59,173 nucleotides of DNA from Candidatus Scatomorpha pullicola (GCA_018716545.1 DVJU01000110.1:1-59173); one strand, 5' to 3'; counted from the first letter of the stretch, positions 16,099-24,492 are shown. A program made the numbers and translations. Notes: generated by a model from the letters alone, not told the origin.

Positions 16099-16839
16099 TC
16101 ACTTCGCGCGGAATTCCCCGAGCGGGAACTCCTTGAGCACTACGTTGTGGACGTGGTCAAGGCTCTCCAGCGGGCTCATGCCCCAGTTGGTCGGGCAGTT
16201 GGAGACGAACTCGACAAAGCTGAAGCCCTTGCCCTCGAGCTGGTACTGGAAGGCCTTCTTGACGGCGGCCTTGGCCTTGCGGGCGTTCGGCACGTCGGCG
16301 GCGGTGACGCGGGCGATGTAGGCGGGAGCGTCGAGCTGGTTTATAAGCTCGCACATGTGCATGGGCGCGCCGTGCTCGGCCTCGTTGCGGCCGTAGGGCG
16401 TGGTCGTGGTCTTGGCGCCGAGCAGGGTCGTGGGCGCCATCTGGCCGCCGGTCATGCCGTATATGCCGTTGTTGACAAAGATGACGGTGAAGTTCTCACC
16501 GCGGTTGGCGGCGCTCATGGTTTCGGCCAGGCCGATGGCGGCCAGGTCGCCGTCGCCCTGATAGGTGAACACCAGCGTCTCGGGGCTGCAGCGCTTGAAG
16601 GAGCTGGCGATGGCGCAGGCGCGGCCGTGAGGAGCCGCGACAGTGTCCATATCGAAATACGTCACGGCGAGGCCGCAGCAGCCGACGCCCTGGACATAGC
16701 AGGCGTTGTCGAGCTGGCCGAGTTCTTCAAGAGCCTCGCAGACTATTTTACACACGCTGGAGTGCATGCAGCCGGGGCAGAAGCCGGTGACTGCGCCCTC
16801 AAAGATTCCCGCGGGACGGGAATAGACTTTTTCCATCAT
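16099..16839 (-). CDS. korB: 2-oxoacid:ferredoxin oxidoreductase, beta (TPP-binding) subunit
   Basis: 'FCPGCMHS' and the 'GDGD...NNGIYGMTGGQ' TPP motif. Confidence 0.9.
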   Translation of the reverse strand: MMEKVYSRPAGIFEGAVTGFCPGCMHSSVCKIVCEALEELGQLDNACYVQGVGCCGLAVTYFDMDTVAAPHGRACAIASSFKRCSPETLVFTYQGDGDLAAIGLAETMSAANRGENFTVIFVNNGIYGMTGGQMAPTTLLGAKTTTTPYGRNEAEHGAPMHMCELINQLDAPAYIARVTAADVPNARKAKAAVKKAFQYQLEGKGFSFVEFVSNCPTNWGMSPLESLDHVHNVVLKEFPLGEFRAK

Positions 16840-16852
16840 TGCACAGACCTCC

Positions 16853-17935
16853 TTACTTCATCAGGCTGCGAGCCGCGTCCAGAATGGTGGAGCGGTCGAG
16901 CACATCGCCGCCGGAAGACAGGGCGGTGACTATCTTTGTCCTGCCGTGGACGACATTTGCGACGTCGTCGGCAAACTGTGCCGGGATACTCATCTCGGCG
17001 CAGACTATGCCGCGCAGCTTCTCAAGCGGGAGCTTCTCATAGGCGACGGCCGGGAACGGATACACCTTCCTCGGGCGGATCAGTCCGGCCTTGACGCCCT
17101 CCTCGCGGAGCATTTTGACGGCGCTCTTGGCGATGCGGCCGGAGATGCCGTAGGCGGTTATGATGATCTCGGCGTCCTCAGTGAGGTATTCCTCGTAGTC
17201 TACCTCGGTGGTCTGCCAGCTCTTGTACATCTCGTCGGCCTGGATGTTCATCTGCATCTGGCTTATACGGGTGTCGAGGCCGGGGCCGCACATGACCTTG
17301 TGCTGCTCCTTGGCGCCGTGCTTGCCGCGGGCGGCCCAGGTCTTGGCCGCGCGGATGGCGGCCACCTGCTCGTCCGTGAGCGGCTCGGGCAGAACCACGG
17401 GCTCCATCATGGTGCCGGTGAAGCCGTCCATGAGGAGGATGACGGGGTTGGAGTACTTGTCGGCCAGCTCAAAGGCCTCCCAGGTCATGTCCACGGCCTC
17501 CTGCAGCGTGGAGGGGCTGAGCACGAGCATACGGAAGCCGCCGTTGCCGCTGGCCTTTGTGGCCTGGTTGTAGTCCTGCTGTGCGGGCTGGATGGTGCCT
17601 ATGCCGGGGCCGCCGCGCTGGAAGTTGGCGACGACTACGGGCAGACGCGCGCCGGCCATCCAGGAGATGGCCTCGCTCTTGAGGGATATGCCGCAGCTGG
17701 AGGAACTGGTCATGCTGCGCACGCCGGCCGCGGCAGCGCCGTAGGCCATGTTGGCGGAGGCGACCTCGCTTTCGCCCTGGATGAACACGCCGTTCACCTG
17801 GGGCATACGGCGGGCGAAATACTCGGGCACGTCGTTCTGCGGAGTGATGGGATAGCCGGCAAAGAAACGGCAGCCGGCGCGTATGGCGGTTTCGGCGACG
17901 GCCTCGCAGCCCTTCATGAATATCTTCTCAGCCAT
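16853..17935 (-). CDS. korA: 2-oxoacid:ferredoxin oxidoreductase, alpha subunit
   Basis: 'MKGCEAVAETAIRAGCRFFAGYPITPQ' alpha-subunit N-terminus. Confidence 0.9.
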   Translation of the reverse strand: MAEKIFMKGCEAVAETAIRAGCRFFAGYPITPQNDVPEYFARRMPQVNGVFIQGESEVASANMAYGAAAAGVRSMTSSSSCGISLKSEAISWMAGARLPVVVANFQRGGPGIGTIQPAQQDYNQATKASGNGGFRMLVLSPSTLQEAVDMTWEAFELADKYSNPVILLMDGFTGTMMEPVVLPEPLTDEQVAAIRAAKTWAARGKHGAKEQHKVMCGPGLDTRISQMQMNIQADEMYKSWQTTEVDYEEYLTEDAEIIITAYGISGRIAKSAVKMLREEGVKAGLIRPRKVYPFPAVAYEKLPLEKLRGIVCAEMSIPAQFADDVANVVHGRTKIVTALSSGGDVLDRSTILDAARSLMK

Positions 17936-17936
17936 G

Positions 17937-18155
17937 TCAGTTCGCCTCCCTGTAGACGGTGATCGCCGCGTCGGGGCAGATCGTAGCGCACATGGCGCAG
18001 CCTATGCAGTCGTCCGGATTGACGGGCACTGCGTACTGATAGCCCTTGGAGTTCACTGCGCTGGTGGTGCCCAGGACGTGCTTGGGACACGTGTTGACGC
18101 AGTAGAGGCAGCTCTTGCAGGCTTCGGTGTAAATTTCCACTTTGCCTTTCGGCAT
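17937..18155 (-). CDS. korD: 2-oxoacid:ferredoxin oxidoreductase, delta subunit (2x[4Fe-4S] ferredoxin)
   Basis: Two CxxCxxCxxxCP motifs. ATG at 18155 lies 8 nt after AGGAGAG; the longest ORF would start at 18164. Confidence 0.85.
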   Translation of the reverse strand: MPKGKVEIYTEACKSCLYCVNTCPKHVLGTTSAVNSKGYQYAVPVNPDDCIGCAMCATICPDAAITVYREAN

Positions 18156-18174
18156 GTTGACCACTCTCCTATCC

Positions 18175-18885
18175 TTATTTGTGGGTGTCTACCTCGCCGG
18201 AACCTCCCAACCACTCCGGCAAGGTGTTGAGCCGTATGGGAAGGATGGGCTCCCTTACAAGCTCTGCCACTTCGGCGCAAAGCCTGTCCAGAACGCAGAC
18301 AAAGTCCGGTTTTTCTTCTGGGAACAGGGCTTTGAACCTCTCCAGACCCTCCACAACGTCTTGGGCGGTCGTGTCAGGGCCAAGATTCGGGTTGGCAACG
18401 AGATGGAGCTTGCTGAGCCTTGCGGCGCCGGCCACACGGCCGACGGTGGCCTCAATGTCGGAAAGCGAGCGCGACCACGGCCGGTAGGGGTTGACTATGT
18501 ACAGCACCCTGGCATCGTCACGGTTGAGCACATGGGAAAACTGGCCTATCATGTGCGAGCCGTGCGAGCCGCCGCCCACGTCCATCAGCACCGTGCTCTC
18601 GGCGTCCAGCAGCGTCTCTATGACGCCGGAGGCCACCGTCGGAGCATCAAGGTACTGGCTCTGGAAGTGGAAGACGACGCCTTCCCGCTCCAACTCGTCC
18701 TCGCAGTCGCGCGCGCGGAACAGCGGCTTGGTCTGATCCATGTCGAAAAAATGTACCTTCCTGACGCCTTCGCGCGCAAGGCCGAGAGCCAGGTTGACGG
18801 ACGTCTCGGTTTTTCCTGAGCCGGCTTCGCCCAAAAAGACGATATTTTTGGCTCCTCCGAGGTATCCCACATACGAATCAGACAT
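18175..18885 (-). CDS. Uncharacterised P-loop NTPase (SIMIBI-like) upstream of kor
   Basis: Walker A 'GEAGSGKT' and Walker B-like 'VLMDVGGG'. ATG at 18885. Its stop lies 19 nt upstream of the korD ATG. Confidence 0.6.
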   Translation of the reverse strand: MSDSYVGYLGGAKNIVFLGEAGSGKTETSVNLALGLAREGVRKVHFFDMDQTKPLFRARDCEDELEREGVVFHFQSQYLDAPTVASGVIETLLDAESTVLMDVGGGSHGSHMIGQFSHVLNRDDARVLYIVNPYRPWSRSLSDIEATVGRVAGAARLSKLHLVANPNLGPDTTAQDVVEGLERFKALFPEEKPDFVCVLDRLCAEVAELVREPILPIRLNTLPEWLGGSGEVDTHK

Positions 18886-18934
18886 ATTATCACCGTCCCC
18901 TGCGCCGACTTTGAGTCGGAAAAAACTATAAATA

Positions 18935-18963
18935 ATGATAGCAGACGAGTTCATGAATTGCAA
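18935..18963 (-). promoter_or_regulatory. Possible sigma-A promoter for the NTPase-kor operon (TTGCAA-17-TATCAT)
   Basis: The hexamers are read on the minus strand. Confidence 0.4.
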
Positions 18964-19031
18964 GTCCAGCATTTAACGCGCTAAAGTGTGTATAAAACGC
19001 AAATTTACTTCGCCGCGCTCGAGAATATATA

Positions 19032-19060
19032 TTGCAAATCGTCGCGAAAAGTGCTAAAAT
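19032..19060 (+). promoter_or_regulatory. Sigma-A promoter for yebC (TTGCAA-17-TAAAAT)
   Basis: Near-consensus hexamers about 37 nt upstream of the ATG. Confidence 0.6.
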
Positions 19061-19096
19061 AATGGGCGCAAATTATACGATACAGGGGTTGACAAT

Positions 19097-19828
19097 ATGT
19101 CGGGACATTCCAAGTGGCATAATATACAGAAGACCAAGGGCGCACAGGACGCAAAGCGCGCCCAGGCCTTTACCAAGATAGCCCGCGAGATGATAGTCGC
19201 GGTCAAAGAGGGCGGAAGCGGCGACCCTGCCAACAACTCCCGCCTCGCCGCCGTCATTGCCAAGGCCAAGGCGGCCAACATGCCCAATGACAACATCAAG
19301 CGCACCATCGACAAGGCGCTCGGCAGCGGCAGCACGGACAACTACGAGTCCGTCACCTACGAGGGCTACGGTCCGAGCGGCGTCGCCGTCATAGTCGAGG
19401 CCATGACCGACAACCGCAACCGCACGGCCAGCGACGTCCGCCACGCCTTCGACAAGAACGGCGGCAACATGGGTCAGACCGGCTGCGTGAGCTGGAGCTT
19501 TGACAAGAAGGGCGTGATCGTCGTCAACAACGAGGACGGCGACATCGAGGAAGACAAGATGATGGAAGACGCGCTCGAGGCCGGCGCCTCCGATATGGAG
19601 CAGGACGGCGAGATTTTCTCCGTCTACACCGAGCCTGACGACGTCGCGGCTGTAGCCGAGTACCTCACCGGCCACGGCTATGAGCTGCTCAGCGCCCAGG
19701 CCGAGATGGTGCCTCAGACCTACATCACCCTCACCGACGAGGGCGACATCAAGAATATGCAGAAAATGATAGACATGTTCGAGGACAACGACGACGTGCA
19801 GAACGTCTGGCACAACTGGGATAACTGA
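19097..19828 (+). CDS. yebC: YebC/PmpR-family DNA-binding regulator
   Basis: 'MSGHSKWHNIQKTKGAQDAKRAQAFTK' is the invariant family N-terminus. Confidence 0.9.
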   Translation: MSGHSKWHNIQKTKGAQDAKRAQAFTKIAREMIVAVKEGGSGDPANNSRLAAVIAKAKAANMPNDNIKRTIDKALGSGSTDNYESVTYEGYGPSGVAVIVEAMTDNRNRTASDVRHAFDKNGGNMGQTGCVSWSFDKKGVIVVNNEDGDIEEDKMMEDALEAGASDMEQDGEIFSVYTEPDDVAAVAEYLTGHGYELLSAQAEMVPQTYITLTDEGDIKNMQKMIDMFEDNDDVQNVWHNWDN

Positions 19829-19838
19829 GAGAGTATAT

Positions 19839-19877
19839 AAAAGAGCCTCCGGCGAAAAATCGCCGGAGGCTCTTTTT
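19839..19877. terminator. Bidirectional rho-independent terminator
   Basis: 12-bp stem GAGCCTCCGGCG/CGCCGGAGGCTC, flanked by A4 and T5, between convergent genes. Confidence 0.85.
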
Positions 19878-19895
19878 GTTTGAGTTAGTTATGTA

Positions 19896-21422
19896 TCAGC
19901 CTTTAAGCCGTGCGCAGGGAATCAACAGTACGCGGCCTGTGAGCTTGTCGCCGTCGGCGAGGGAATTCAGCTCGGCTATCATCGCGCCCGTGGAGTGGTA
20001 GCGCTTGCCGAGCGACCAGAGGGTGTCGGCCTCCCCGGCGCGGATGACGGTTATCGACGGATAGTCGGCGTTCTCCTGCGCTTCCGCCGGCTCCACGGCG
20101 GCAATCTGCGTGAACACCGTGCGCTTGGCGCTCACCAGCTCGAAGTCCACAACGACGCGGACGTCAATGCCGCCCTGCGCTATCGCTGAGGTGCACTCGG
20201 CGCAGCTCGCGCGCACGCTCATCGCGTACTCGCCCTCCGCCAGCTCACTGGGAGCCTCGCAGGTCAGCCGCCGGGACGTGGAGTACACGCCGCCGTCGCT
20301 CGCGGTGTATATGGCCGTCACACTCACCGGGCATCGCAGCACGCCGCCCTCGCATTCGGCGGCGCCGGTGCGGCATATAACTCTGCATATGTTCACCGGA
20401 GCCGGAGATGCGGCCAGAGTCTCATGCACCGAGGCGCGCACCGTGCTCCTGCGCTGGATGCAGCTCAGCTCAGTCTGTGAGCGGCCGATCTCCAGCTCGC
20501 AGGCGTTGCTGTAGCAGTCGGTCATGCACTGCACCCTTACGCTGTCCGTACAGACGCACTGGCTTACCAGGTGGAACTCTGCGGAGATCCCCCTCTCCCC
20601 TCCCGCAAGCGTGACCGGCTCCACGTATTCGGCGGTGAGCATGGAGTATACGCTGCAATCGGGGCTGGCGAAGTCCGTGTCCGCGTCGATCATCTGAGAA
20701 AACTCCGTCTCGAAGCTGACGGGGCACAGCTCCGTGCTGTTGGCCGCCTCATAGAGCGCAGAGAGCCTAACCGTGCCGTTGAAGATGAGCTTGGCGCCGA
20801 CGCTCCTTACGTTGCCCGGGATTATCTCCGCCGTGTGCCAGAGCAGCGTGCCGATGGGCAGCAGTCCGGGCTGGAGGCGGTACTCGTCCGAGACGACAAA
20901 GGTCTTTTCCCTGACACAGACGACCGGGCTGATGGACGCGGCTTCGCACAGGGTCTCCACGCCCGCGGCTCCGTCGCCGTCCAACCCGGTGGTCACAGAC
21001 AGCTCGGAGCGGTTGTAGCACTCTATCTCCACATTTACAACGGCGCGGACAAGCAGCTTGCGCGGATTGAGCATACGCGCCTCGACATTGGACAGGGTGA
21101 GCGAGGCGACTGCAGAGCTGTCTTCCGTGACACCCGGGGCGTCCACATCCACCACTATCGGTATCGACGCGCCCAGAGTACACACGCCTTCTCCGCCCTC
21201 CGGAGCGTACAGCACTGTGGCTCCGACCACGGCCGATACGTTCACGCGCTCGTTCGTCACCTCTTTGCTCCGTATCATTACCATGCCTTCGGCGCAGAGG
21301 ATGCGCTCAACATCCGGCATGGTATCCGGCACTACGGTCTCTGAGGCTTCTTCAACAGGCATGGCGTACTCAAAAACCCTCTCACAGCAGGCAATGCCGC
21401 TGCATTTGACAGTCAGATCCAT
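19896..21422 (-). CDS. SipL-like spore-coat morphogenetic protein (DUF3794/SPOCS-type repeats plus C-terminal LysM)
   Basis: C-terminal 'ITVIRAGEADTLWSLGKRYHSTGAMIAELNSL....LLIP' is a LysM domain. The ~450-aa N-terminal region is beta-rich and Cys-rich, resembling the clostridial DUF3794-LysM proteins. It lies next to spoVM. Confidence 0.55.
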   Translation of the reverse strand: MDLTVKCSGIACCERVFEYAMPVEEASETVVPDTMPDVERILCAEGMVMIRSKEVTNERVNVSAVVGATVLYAPEGGEGVCTLGASIPIVVDVDAPGVTEDSSAVASLTLSNVEARMLNPRKLLVRAVVNVEIECYNRSELSVTTGLDGDGAAGVETLCEAASISPVVCVREKTFVVSDEYRLQPGLLPIGTLLWHTAEIIPGNVRSVGAKLIFNGTVRLSALYEAANSTELCPVSFETEFSQMIDADTDFASPDCSVYSMLTAEYVEPVTLAGGERGISAEFHLVSQCVCTDSVRVQCMTDCYSNACELEIGRSQTELSCIQRRSTVRASVHETLAASPAPVNICRVICRTGAAECEGGVLRCPVSVTAIYTASDGGVYSTSRRLTCEAPSELAEGEYAMSVRASCAECTSAIAQGGIDVRVVVDFELVSAKRTVFTQIAAVEPAEAQENADYPSITVIRAGEADTLWSLGKRYHSTGAMIAELNSLADGDKLTGRVLLIPCARLKG

Positions 21423-21478
21423 GGTATCTCCCCTCGTAAGAAGTTTCTGTACAGCCTATGAGGGGTTGGTCTGACATA

Positions 21479-21559
21479 TTACTCGGACTGTGTTCTTCCG
21501 CTCAGCTTCAGTATCAGCCTCGACAAAAAGGCCGGAAGCCGGATGACAAGTATTCGCAT
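21479..21559 (-). CDS. spoVM: Stage V sporulation protein M (26-aa amphipathic peptide)
   Basis: The ORF MRILVIRLPAFLSRLILKLSGRTQSE is not in the ORF track. AGGAGG lies 6 nt upstream. It has the same length as B. subtilis SpoVM (MKFYTIKLPKFLGGIVRAMLGSFRKD) and shares M1, I6, (K/R)7, L8, P9, F11, L12 and G21. It lies downstream of prkC-rsgA, as in Bacillus. Confidence 0.65.
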   Translation of the reverse strand: MRILVIRLPAFLSRLILKLSGRTQSE

Positions 21560-21569
21560 AGTCTACCTC

Positions 21570-21737
21570 CTAATTACAGCTGCGCAGCAGCCATATGCCG
21601 CCGGCAATAAGCGCTATGGCGAGCGCAAACCACCAAAACCCTGCCGGCAGTATGAGCGCGAGTATGATAACTATACCGGCCAGTATCACCAGCCAGCCTA
21701 CCGCAGGTCCTCTCCTGCGCCGCCTACGCCCGCACAT
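21570..21737 (-). CDS. 55-aa membrane mini-protein (Arg6 N-terminus, two TM helices)
   Basis: MCGRRRRRRGPAVGWLVILAGIVIILALILPAGFWWFALAIALIAGGIWLLRSCN. The ATG follows GGGGGTGAAGCT. Its stop codon lies inside the spoVM SD region. Confidence 0.5.
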   Translation of the reverse strand: MCGRRRRRRGPAVGWLVILAGIVIILALILPAGFWWFALAIALIAGGIWLLRSCN

Positions 21738-21754
21738 AGCTTCACCCCCGCTTG

Positions 21755-21763
21755 TAGTATATG
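21755..21763 (-). promoter_or_regulatory. Mother-cell-type -10 element CATATACTA (sigma-K CATAnnnTA / sigma-E-like)
   Basis: Located 18 nt upstream of the mini-protein ATG. An AACA lies 16 nt further upstream, which would fit the sigma-K 'AC' -35. Confidence 0.3.
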
Positions 21764-21808
21764 CGGGTCGAGCCAGGAGTGTTACTCGCGCAAAAGGCCG
21801 CAGGGCGC

Positions 21809-21839
21809 AAAAACACCCCGGAGCGCGTGCTCCGGGGTG
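21809..21839 (-). terminator. Terminator after rsgA
   Basis: 11-bp stem CACCCCGGAGC/GCTCCGGGGTG with loop GCGT, then T5 on the minus strand. Confidence 0.75.
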
Positions 21840-21856
21840 CGTCTTTCGGCGTTTGT

Positions 21857-22735
21857 TCAGCGCTGCTCCCACTCCTTGTACTGGGCGCTTATCTCGTAGA
21901 GCCTGCAATAGCTCTCGTACCGGCTGTGGGATATTTCGCCGGCCTCGACCGCCGCGCGCACGGCGCAGCTCGGCTCTTTGATGTGGGCGCAGTCGTCAAA
22001 GCGGCAGCGGCCTATGTACGGCTCAAACTCCGGGAAGGTGTGCTGCAATTCGCCCTTGGGGATAGGCGGCATCTGCTCCACGTCGAAGGAGGCGAAGCCC
22101 GGCGTATCGGCGCAGTACCCACCGGCCACGGGGAAAATCTCAACGTGGCGGGTGGTGTGCCGTCCTCGCCCGAGCTTTTCGCTGATTTCGCCCGTCTTCA
22201 AGTCCAGACCCGGCTCCAGTGCGTTCATTATGCTGCTCTTGCCCACGCCAGAGTTCCCGGAAAAGGCGCAGACCTTGCCCTTGATGCACTCGGCCAGCTC
22301 GTCCAGACCCGCGCCGGTGACGGCGCTGGTCTCTATCACCTTGTACGGCGTCGCGGCGTATATGTCCGCAAGGCGGCGGGAGTCGGAGGCGTCCGACTTG
22401 TTGATGCAGATGATTACCTCGCAGCCATTGTGCTCCGCCGTGCTGGTGACCCGGTCGATAAGGAATGGGTCGGTGACAGGCTCCACCTCGCTGGCGACCG
22501 AGATGAGCACGTCTATATTGGCGACGGCCGGGCGCACGAAGAAGTTCTTCCTGGGCAGTAGCTTATCCACCCTGCCCTTGCCCTGCGCGTCGAGCGAGAT
22601 TTCCACCCTGTCGCCGACCAGCGGGCTGGTGCCGTCCAGCCGGAAACGGCCGCGTGCTCTGCACTCGACCGTTTCGCTGCCGGTTCTGACGTAGTAAAAC
22701 CCGCTCAGAGCCTTTACTATAACGCCCTCAGGCAT
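21857..22735 (-). CDS. rsgA: Ribosome small-subunit-dependent GTPase A
   Basis: Circularly permuted GTPase motifs ('INKSDA', 'GNSGVGKSS') and a C-terminal zinc motif 'CRFDDCAHIKEPSC'. Confidence 0.9.
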   Translation of the reverse strand: MPEGVIVKALSGFYYVRTGSETVECRARGRFRLDGTSPLVGDRVEISLDAQGKGRVDKLLPRKNFFVRPAVANIDVLISVASEVEPVTDPFLIDRVTSTAEHNGCEVIICINKSDASDSRRLADIYAATPYKVIETSAVTGAGLDELAECIKGKVCAFSGNSGVGKSSIMNALEPGLDLKTGEISEKLGRGRHTTRHVEIFPVAGGYCADTPGFASFDVEQMPPIPKGELQHTFPEFEPYIGRCRFDDCAHIKEPSCAVRAAVEAGEISHSRYESYCRLYEISAQYKEWEQR

Positions 22736-22737
22736 AC

Positions 22738-24492
22738 TTACTGTTCTCCTTCTGCGCCGGTGGTCTCCGGCGGCGCCGTGTCCGTGGGCTCGGGCGTTTC
22801 AGCCGGGCCGGTGGATACCCAGAGGTAAATGCGAGTGTGCTCCGGCACTTCCTCGTAGGCGTCTATACTCTGGCGTATGACCGTGCCTTCCTCCTGGTCG
22901 CTTTCGATATACGTCGTGTCGGCGTAGGCGAGGTTGTTGCTGTTGAGTATGCTCTTGGCCTCGCTCTCGGTGCGTCCGACCAGGTTCGGCATACTCACGG
23001 TGCGCTCAACGGGGCCGCTGCTTATCGTGACGAAAATCGTGGAGCCCTGAGCCAGCTGTTCTCCCGGCGCCGGGTCGGTGGATATGACATAGCCCTCTGT
23101 GACCGTGTCGCTGGCCGCGTACTGCGTCTCGACCTTGAAGCCTGCGTTTTGCAGAGTCACGGTAGCCTCGCTGTACGGGTCGTTGAGGACGTCGGGAACC
23201 GTGGTCTGGCGCACACCGGTGCTGACCGTGAGGGTCACGTCTATGCCCTCCGGGACTATCATCAGGCTCCGCCCGGCCTCGGGGTCCTGGGAAATGATCA
23301 CGCCCTCGCTGACCTCCGGGTCGATGGAGTAGGTGACGGTGAAATTGTACAGATCCCTGTAGCTGCTGTCGTTCACGATGCTCTCATAGTTCTGACCCAC
23401 AAAGTTGGGCAGCTCTATACGCTCGGCGACGCTGAATATGTCGCGCAGCCAGTAGTTCCACAAAAAGACGAACACGGCTATCATGAACACCAGCACGCCG
23501 ACGGCGCCGCTCATGATGCTCACCTTGCGGGAGCGCTTTCTGCGGCGGGCGTATTTTGCCTGGCTCATCTCGCCGGTGGTGCCTATCGGCCTCACGTCGG
23601 GTATGACGCCCTCGTAGTCCTCGTACTCCTCGCCTGAGTCCCTGCCCAGGGCGGCCTGCTGCTTCCTGAATTCCTCCAGGTCGGTCAGCAGCTCGCTCGC
23701 GCTCTGATAGCGCTCGCGGATGTCCGCGTTCATGGCCTTGAGCGTGATGCGCTCAAGCTCCTCGGGGATCTCGGCGTTGAGCTGGCGCGGCGGCACGGCG
23801 ACTCCGGCTATGTGCTTGAGGGCGATCTGCTCGGCGGTCTCGCCGTCATAGGGCATCTGCCCGGTGAGCATCTCGTACATAACCACGCCGAGCGAGTATA
23901 TGTCGCTGCGCGTGTCGGGCGTCTCGCCCCTGGCCTGCTCCGGCGCGATGTAGTGCACCGAGCCGACCGTCTGGTCGCTGCGCTGCTCCTGCGCGCTCTC
24001 CAGCGCGGCTATGCCGAAGTCGGCGACCTTTATGGTGCCGTCGCGCAGTATCATGATGTTCTGCGGCTTGATGTCGCGGTGAACTATTCCCTTGGAGTGG
24101 GCGTGCTCAAGCGCCTTTGCGATCTGCGTGGAGAAATGCGCCGCTTCCTTCCAGCTCAGCGCGCCCTTCTTCTGCATGTACTGCATAAGCGTGACGCCCT
24201 CAATGAGCTCCATGACTATATACTCCACGCCCGCCGTGTGGCTCACGTCGTAGACGGAGACGATGTTCGGGTGCGAGAGCATGGCGACGGCCTGAGCCTC
24301 GATCTGGAACCTGGCTCTGAACTCCTCGTCACGGGCAAGCTCGTCACGCAGTATTTTGACGGCGACAAAGCGGTTCAGGCGCTGGTCGATGGCCTTGTAG
24401 ACCACCGCCATGCCTCCGGCGCCGATGACTTCAACTATCTCATACCTGTCGTCCAAACAGGTGCCCAAATACTTGTCCATATTGTTGTCCAT
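22738..24492 (-). CDS. prkC: Ser/Thr protein kinase PrkC with three PASTA repeats
   Basis: 'GAGGMAVVYKA', 'HRDIKPQN' and 'DFGIA'. It has one TM segment and C-terminal PASTA units. ATG at 24492 follows GGAGG. Confidence 0.9.
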   Translation of the reverse strand: MDNNMDKYLGTCLDDRYEIVEVIGAGGMAVVYKAIDQRLNRFVAVKILRDELARDEEFRARFQIEAQAVAMLSHPNIVSVYDVSHTAGVEYIVMELIEGVTLMQYMQKKGALSWKEAAHFSTQIAKALEHAHSKGIVHRDIKPQNIMILRDGTIKVADFGIAALESAQEQRSDQTVGSVHYIAPEQARGETPDTRSDIYSLGVVMYEMLTGQMPYDGETAEQIALKHIAGVAVPPRQLNAEIPEELERITLKAMNADIRERYQSASELLTDLEEFRKQQAALGRDSGEEYEDYEGVIPDVRPIGTTGEMSQAKYARRRKRSRKVSIMSGAVGVLVFMIAVFVFLWNYWLRDIFSVAERIELPNFVGQNYESIVNDSSYRDLYNFTVTYSIDPEVSEGVIISQDPEAGRSLMIVPEGIDVTLTVSTGVRQTTVPDVLNDPYSEATVTLQNAGFKVETQYAASDTVTEGYVISTDPAPGEQLAQGSTIFVTISSGPVERTVSMPNLVGRTESEAKSILNSNNLAYADTTYIESDQEEGTVIRQSIDAYEEVPEHTRIYLWVSTGPAETPEPTDTAPPETTGAEGEQ

